Positions 59,523 through 64,000 of a stretch of 64,000 nt of DNA are shown here, in pieces. Source of the DNA: Bacteroidota bacterium (GTDB lineage Bacteria > Bacteroidota > Ignavibacteria > UBA10030 > UBA6906). The stretch lies in the NCBI GenBank assembly GCA_046160825.1, contig JBJXHC010000038.1, positions 3,697-67,696 of the forward strand. The letters are read 5' to 3'. Made by a program: the position numbers and the translations under genes. Within the stretch, counting starts at the first letter, position 1. Each line of letters starts with the position of its first letter. The notes under the pieces are model-generated. The model did not search any database. It was not told the origin of the DNA and saw only the letters and a list, made by a program, of their open reading frames with translations.

Positions 59523-60512
59523 GCTCTTTCCCAGCCACTCCAACGCCGTCCCACGCAACAATTGCTCTTGTGTTTTCTTATCGAAGCCCAGCGATTCAAT
59601 CAACTTTCCCGGCTCTTGCTCACCGAGCGGGAAAGGATAATCAGAACCGAGAGCTATGCGATTCGCGCCGACAAGCTCAATGAGATACTTGAGCATCGCA
59701 GCATCGTGCGTGAGTGAATCAACGAAGAAGCGGCCGAGGTACTTGCGCGGGTTGACCGGGTTATCAATGGCGACAAGATCAGGACGGACATCAAAGCCGT
59801 GTTCAATGCGGCCGAGCGTTCCGGGAAATGCGCCGCCACCGTGAGCAAATGCAACTCGCAGTTTTGGCAGACGCTCGAACACGCCGCCGAAGATCATTGA
59901 ACAAATGGCAAGCGAGACTTCCGCGGGCATACCAACGAGCCATGGAAGCCAGTACTTCGGCATGCGCTCCTTGCCCATCATATCCCACGGATGGACGAAT
60001 ACGGCCGCTCCCAATTCCTCCGCTGCCTGGAAGACCGGGAACAGATTCGGATCATTCAGGTTCCAGTCGTTCACGTGCGTACCGATTTCTATTCCGGCAA
60101 GACCGAGTTGCTTGACGCAACGCTCCAGTTCTTTGATCGCCAGATCGGGCGACTGCATGGGCACGATACCGAGTCCGGCGAACCGCTGTGGATACGCGGA
60201 AACAACCGACGCGATATGATCGTTGAGAAGCTTGCAGAGATCGTGTGCGTCATTCGGCTTTGCCCAATAACAAAACATCACCGGCACTGTAGAAAGCACT
60301 TGCATCTGCACATCGTGTTGGTCGCATACGCCAATCCGCACCTCCGGACTCCAGAGATTTTCCTCCACGTCGCGGAAGTGCTTCCCATCGATCACCATTC
60401 TCGCACAGCCCGGTTTGTGATGTTCGAGGTTCACAAAGCCGCCATAGCCGTACTTCGCCTTAAAGTCCGGCAGGACCTTGGGAAGAATGTGTGTGTGGAT
60501 GTCGATTTTCAT
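59514..60512 (-). CDS. 2-amino-3-carboxymuconate-6-semialdehyde decarboxylase-like amidohydrolase
   Basis: The amidohydrolase-2 fold begins MKIDIHTHILP and carries HPWDMMG and FAHGGGAFP. The start was trimmed to the MKIDIHTH Met. Confidence 0.8.
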   Translation of the reverse strand: MKIDIHTHILPKVLPDFKAKYGYGGFVNLEHHKPGCARMVIDGKHFRDVEENLWSPEVRIGVCDQHDVQMQVLSTVPVMFCYWAKPNDAHDLCKLLNDHIASVVSAYPQRFAGLGIVPMQSPDLAIKELERCVKQLGLAGIEIGTHVNDWNLNDPNLFPVFQAAEELGAAVFVHPWDMMGKERMPKYWLPWLVGMPAEVSLAICSMIFGGVFERLPKLRVAFAHGGGAFPGTLGRIEHGFDVRPDLVAIDNPVNPRKYLGRFFVDSLTHDAAMLKYLIELVGANRIALGSDYPFPLGEQEPGKLIESLGFDKKTQEQLLRGTALEWLGKSSL

Positions 60513-60520
60513 TCTGTCAT

Positions 60521-61048
60521 TCACACCGGCTTCTGCGGCCTCTCCATCTTCGTCCCGCACTTCTTGCACGTGCAATGCTCTGCGTTGTTGTAGAACTTGT
60601 CGAAGATCGGCGGAAGCTGGGTGACGAGGTTTGTCACTTGCAGGAACTCCTCATACAACTTGTCGCCACACTTCTCGCAGAACCACAAGAAGCCATCAGT
60701 CTCACCGGGCGTCCGCTGGCGCTCAATCACGAGTCCCACTGTATTGGCAGGACGCTGCGGCGAATGCGGCGTCTTCGGAGGCAGAAGGAATATCTCTCCC
60801 TCACGAATCTTGATGTCCCTCGGCTTTCCATCCTCTACAATCTTGACCGTGATATCTCCTTCGACCTGATAGAAGAACTCCTCACCCTCGTCGTAGTGGT
60901 AATCCTTGCGCGCATTGGGTCCACCAACAACCATGACGATGAAGTCGGAATCCTCATACACCATCTTGTTGCCGACGGGGGGTTTCAATAAATGCCGGTG
61001 GTCGTTAATCCATTGCTTAAAATTGATCGGAGGTAGGAGTTTTCCCAT
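60521..61048 (-). CDS. 3-hydroxyanthranilate 3,4-dioxygenase
   Basis: It has a cupin fold with the iron ligands (HYDEGEEFFYQVEGD ... LLPPKTPHSPQR) and a C-terminal rubredoxin-like Cys4 (CEKCG...CKKCG). Confidence 0.85.
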   Translation of the reverse strand: MGKLLPPINFKQWINDHRHLLKPPVGNKMVYEDSDFIVMVVGGPNARKDYHYDEGEEFFYQVEGDITVKIVEDGKPRDIKIREGEIFLLPPKTPHSPQRPANTVGLVIERQRTPGETDGFLWFCEKCGDKLYEEFLQVTNLVTQLPPIFDKFYNNAEHCTCKKCGTKMERPQKPV

Positions 61049-61062
61049 GTAAACCTCTGGCT

Positions 61063-61097
61063 TAGTTTATGGAGTTTGTGGAGTTCATATAGAGTTA
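61063..61097. repeat. Intergenic tandem-repeat element (copy R2, forward orientation)
   Basis: TAGTTTATGGAGTTTGTGGAGTTCATATAGAGTT lies between the HAAO start and the four-helix-bundle gene stop. Confidence 0.6.
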
Positions 61098-61460
61098 TGT
61101 GCTTCTGAGATACTTGATGAGTCCTGAGATCATTCGTGAGATTTCATTACAATCGGAATAGAGTTTATCAAACGATTCCTGCGTGATGTATCGCTGGTCC
61201 ATTGCAACATAGAGTGCGGCTTGGACTTCAGCAGTTGAGCCATGTGCCACGAAAAGGAACTGACTGAATTCTTTGTTCGTTCTTCGAGCAAAGCCTTCCG
61301 CAATGTTCAACATAATCGAAACCGAAGCTCTTCGAATCTGATCCCGCAATCCAAAGTCCTTGGTGAACTTGCCGTCCGCGGTAATCCTGTAGACCTCACC
61401 AACGAGTTCTCTTGCTTTCTGCCATGCAAGTATGTCGTCGAACCTCTCGAACTTCGCCAT
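61095..61460 (-). CDS. Four-helix-bundle protein (23S rRNA intervening-sequence-protein family, TIGR02436-like)
   Basis: It is 121 aa. MAKFERFDDILAWQKARELVGEVYRI is typical of the family. Confidence 0.7.
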   Translation of the reverse strand: MAKFERFDDILAWQKARELVGEVYRITADGKFTKDFGLRDQIRRASVSIMLNIAEGFARRTNKEFSQFLFVAHGSTAEVQAALYVAMDQRYITQESFDKLYSDCNEISRMISGLIKYLRST

Positions 61461-61505
61461 CCCAACTCCATAGACTCCACGAACTCTATGAACTCTAAAA
61501 CACTG
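61461..61505. repeat. Intergenic tandem-repeat element (copy R3, reverse orientation)
   Basis: CCCAACTCCATAGACTCCACGAACTCTATGAACTCTAAAACACTG lies between the four-helix-bundle gene start and the RidA stop. Confidence 0.6.
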
Positions 61506-61511
61506 TCTCCG

Positions 61512-61931
61512 CTAAACCACTGCAATCACCTTCAATTCTATCGCTATCGGCGTTGGTAGCGCGTTTACTTCGATGGTCGTGCGACACGGCTGGTTGTCTT
61601 TGAAATATTCGGCGTAGATCCGGTTGAACGTCGGGAAGTCCTTTTTCATGTTGGTGAGAAACACAGTCACATCCACAATCTTACCCCAACTTGAGCCGGC
61701 ATCTTCGAGAATTGCCTTCACGTTTTTGAATAGCGAATGGCATTGTGCTTCGATGTCATAGGAAACGATGTTACCATTGGCATCAAGTTCCACACCGGGG
61801 ATTTTCTCCATCCCGCGTTCACGCGGCCCCACGCCGGAAAGAAAGAGAAGATTCCCCACCTTGCGCGCATGCGGATACAAGCCGACCGGTTCCGGTGCAT
61901 TCGAAGACATGATATTGTCAGACTGACTCAT
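61512..61931 (-). CDS. RidA-family protein (2-aminomuconate deaminase-like, from context)
   Basis: It has the RidA fold (GNLLFLSGVGPRE ... ELKVIAVV). It sits between the aldehyde dehydrogenase and the dioxygenase/decarboxylase genes. Confidence 0.7.
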   Translation of the reverse strand: MSQSDNIMSSNAPEPVGLYPHARKVGNLLFLSGVGPRERGMEKIPGVELDANGNIVSYDIEAQCHSLFKNVKAILEDAGSSWGKIVDVTVFLTNMKKDFPTFNRIYAEYFKDNQPCRTTIEVNALPTPIAIELKVIAVV

Positions 61932-61954
61932 TCGCTCTCGACCAACGGCTAATT

Positions 61955-61990
61955 GACTCTATGAACTCCATAAACTCTAAGAACTTATAG
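61955..61990. repeat. Intergenic tandem-repeat element (copy R4, reverse orientation)
   Basis: GACTCTATGAACTCCATAAACTCTAAGAACTTATAG lies between the RidA start and the ALDH stop. Confidence 0.6.
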
Positions 61991-63427
61991 TTTCACACAC
62001 ACATTCTTTGGTTCTGTAAAAAACCGCAACGCTTCCCATCCCCCTTCACGACCAAGACCGGAGTTTTTCATTCCACCGAACGGCGTCCGTAAATCTCGCA
62101 GCATCCAGCAATTCACCCAGACGATGCCGGAGTGAATCTCCGCCGCAAGGCGATGAGCGCGCGTCAGGTTCTCCGTCCATATAACCGACGCAAGGCCGTA
62201 CTGTGTGCTATTCGCGTTCTCCAATGCTTCCTCCTCGGTATCAAATGGCGCAATCGTTACCACCGGACCGAAGATCTCCTCCTGGTTCGTCCGGCAATGG
62301 GATGGCAACCCTGCGATCACAGTCGGCTCGATGAACCACCCGTCTGTGCAACGCCCCGCAAGCTTCACCTGATTTCCACCACAGAGTATTGCGCCTCCCT
62401 CCTGTTTCGCCAGGGAGATGTATGACATAATTTTTTCGCAGTGTTGTTGTGAGTTGATGGCACCAAGGTCACTCGTTGCCTCCGTCGGGTCGCCTACTCG
62501 GAGCTGCTTTACGCGTGCAACAAAGTCCTTCTTGAACTTCTCATACAATGACTTCTCAACAAGAATGCGCGAACCGCACAAACAAATCTCTCCTTGATTT
62601 TGAAATGACGATCGCACAGTGGTCGTCAACATCTCCTCGTAGTTGCAATCGGAAAAAATAAGAACCGGATTCTTGCCGCCCATTTCGAGTGAAAGCTTCT
62701 TGAACATCGGCGCCGCTGTCTTCGCTATCTCACTGCCGGTCTTTGTGCCGCCGGTAAACGTGACGACGGGAATCCCCGGATGCTTCGCAATTGCCGCTCC
62801 AACCTTGTGCCCATATCCATGCACAATATTGAGAACCCCGGCAGGAAGACCGGCTTCAATGCAGAGCTTCGAGAGCATGAACGCAGTCATGGGTGTTAAC
62901 TCGGAGGGTTTGCCGATAACGCAGTTTCCCGCAGCAAGCGCCGGGACGATCTTCCAGGTGAAAAGATACAGGGGAAGATTCCAGGGGGAAATTGCGCCGA
63001 CAACACCGATGGGCGTGCGCAGGGTGTAGTTGAGCGCGGAACCTGCGGTTGGATGAGCTTCGCTCGCAAAATGCAAAATTGCTGTGGCAAAGAACCGGAA
63101 GTTGCTGATTGCGCGCGGAATATCAACACTACGCGCGAGGTGAACGGGTTTTCCATTGTCCACAGACTCAGCAAGAGCGAACTGTTCCAAATCGCGTTCG
63201 AGCAGGTCGGCAATACGAAGTAGGATGCCTGAGCGACCTTCCACTGAGCTCTTCGACCACGAGGGGAACGCGCGCGCTGCGGAATCAACTGCGCTGCCCA
63301 CATCGCTCTCATCGGAGTCCGGCACAAGGGAATAGACACGCCCCATTGCAGGCTCGTAGTTATCAAAATACTTGCCGGAGATCGGGGGACAAAGGTTGCC
63401 GGTGATGTAGTTGGAGATTTTTTCCAC
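61985..63427 (-). CDS. NAD-dependent aldehyde dehydrogenase (2-aminomuconate-6-semialdehyde dehydrogenase-like)
   Basis: It is 480 aa with the ALDH catalytic Cys region (GEICLCGSRILV) and Glu motif (LEMGGKNP). Confidence 0.85.
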   Translation of the reverse strand: MEKISNYITGNLCPPISGKYFDNYEPAMGRVYSLVPDSDESDVGSAVDSAARAFPSWSKSSVEGRSGILLRIADLLERDLEQFALAESVDNGKPVHLARSVDIPRAISNFRFFATAILHFASEAHPTAGSALNYTLRTPIGVVGAISPWNLPLYLFTWKIVPALAAGNCVIGKPSELTPMTAFMLSKLCIEAGLPAGVLNIVHGYGHKVGAAIAKHPGIPVVTFTGGTKTGSEIAKTAAPMFKKLSLEMGGKNPVLIFSDCNYEEMLTTTVRSSFQNQGEICLCGSRILVEKSLYEKFKKDFVARVKQLRVGDPTEATSDLGAINSQQHCEKIMSYISLAKQEGGAILCGGNQVKLAGRCTDGWFIEPTVIAGLPSHCRTNQEEIFGPVVTIAPFDTEEEALENANSTQYGLASVIWTENLTRAHRLAAEIHSGIVWVNCWMLRDLRTPFGGMKNSGLGREGGWEALRFFTEPKNVCVKL

Positions 63428-63506
63428 AGAAAATAATTCTACTTGAGGAATGGAAAACGAAGGATCCCTTACGAGCCTCTCCCGCGTTATTTCTCAGTGC
63501 TCATCG

Positions 63507-64000
63507 TTATCGTTGAGAATAATAAAATCCGAGGTTCTTTTTCACGCCATCCGGCAACTGTGGCAAGCGCGAACGCGGAATCAGGAACGTTGACAGGTTG
63601 AACAGGTCGGTGAAGATCTTATACTTGTCCACGGTTGCCTTGAGATAATTGTAGCCGGTGGAACCACCTGTGCCGATCTTATTGCCGATCATCCGGTGCG
63701 CCATCAATGCGTGGCGGTAGCGCCATGTTGTCCATTGTTCATCCATATCCATCAACACCGTCAGCAAGCGGAACGGAATGTGAAGGATCGGTTCGTCGCG
63801 ATAAAGAGCAATCAGAAGCGCAGCCTTGGTGGCCTTGTGTGAAAGCCGTCGCTTCCCGTGCTCCACCAAATCACGGTGCTTCGATTCATCAATCAACGCG
63901 GCAAAGTTTTCTTCGTTCGCTTTCACCTCATTCAATTGCTGCTGCTTCTCTTCTTCTGAAGAAATCGCATTGCCCAGAATTGCGCCTCTGTCGCCTGCAA
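63507..64000 (-). CDS. kynA: Tryptophan 2,3-dioxygenase, C-terminal part (the N-terminus lies beyond the window end)
   Basis: LIALYRDEPILHIPFRLLTVLMDMDEQWTTWRYRHALMAHRMIG...GGSTGYNYL is a TDO signature. The frame stays open to the window edge. Confidence 0.85.
   Translation of the reverse strand, partial: AGDRGAILGNAISSEEEKQQQLNEVKANEENFAALIDESKHRDLVEHGKRRLSHKATKAALLIALYRDEPILHIPFRLLTVLMDMDEQWTTWRYRHALMAHRMIGNKIGTGGSTGYNYLKATVDKYKIFTDLFNLSTFLIPRSRLPQLPDGVKKNLGFYYSQR

Noticed and set aside
1-64000. CRISPR arrays, rRNA and tRNA genes.
   Set aside because: I found no regularly spaced direct repeats of CRISPR size and no tRNA-like or rRNA-like sequences. The only repeat families are the REP-like hairpin repeats and the 9-bp tandem-repeat elements, both described above.

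Overview
This is a gene-dense 64-kb chromosomal window from a moderately GC-rich (about 55% by eye) Gram-negative bacterium. The organism is probably in the FCB superphylum: there is a T9SS-type C-terminal sorting domain on a beta-propeller protein, DUF3276 and DUF3109 genes, a type-2 IPP isomerase, and weak Shine-Dalgarno usage. Coordinates were derived from the supplied ORF track by codon arithmetic. The track reports TTG and GTG starts as M and often over-extends N-termini, so several starts were trimmed to the biologically sensible start codon.

Content runs as follows:
- A truncated secreted lamin-tail-domain (LTD) protein on the minus strand at the window start, divergent from a receiver-only (CheY-like) response regulator.
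- ahcY-metK with an upstream sugar-1-phosphate nucleotidyltransferase.
- fni (type 2 IPP isomerase), a GGPP-type prenyl synthase, ptsH and ptsI with no EII gene, and a bifunctional PGI/PMI gene.
- A GlsB/YeaQ/YmgE family membrane protein.
- A striking operon: a roughly 940-aa protein fusing an HExxH peptidase-like domain, TolB-like PD40 propeller repeats and an Omp85-type beta-barrel, followed by a BamB-like PQQ-propeller lipoprotein and a PEGA-domain protein.
- A Crp/Fnr regulator, a PHP phosphoesterase and ribH.
- A T9SS-sorted Reg_prop beta-propeller surface protein and a PUR-like DUF3276 protein.
- The fatty-acid synthesis block yceD-rpmF-plsX-fabH-fabD-DUF3109-fabG-acpP-fabF-rnc.
- gcvP, a short Omp85 paralog and rsmE.
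- Histidine degradation genes (ftcD in two genes, hutI, hutU), interrupted by an HExxH protein and a membrane PP2C phosphatase.
- A RAYT/IS200-like Y1 transposase flanked by 66-bp hairpin-containing direct repeats.
- An envelope-protein cluster: RidA lipoprotein, Tat-exported class-V aminotransferase, SixA and two further lipoproteins.
- add, a 63-aa Fis-type HTH protein with a polytopic membrane protein, and a TrmH-family methyltransferase.
- A TPP riboswitch with an intrinsic terminator driving a TonB-dependent receptor and thiamine pyrophosphokinase, with a convergent SSS transporter.
- A complete kynurenine pathway cluster (kynA, ALDH, RidA-type deaminase, HAAO, ACMSD, kynU, kmo) carrying a Y-family polymerase gene, with a 9-bp tandem-repeat element at every intergenic junction.

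No rRNA, tRNA or CRISPR array was recognised.
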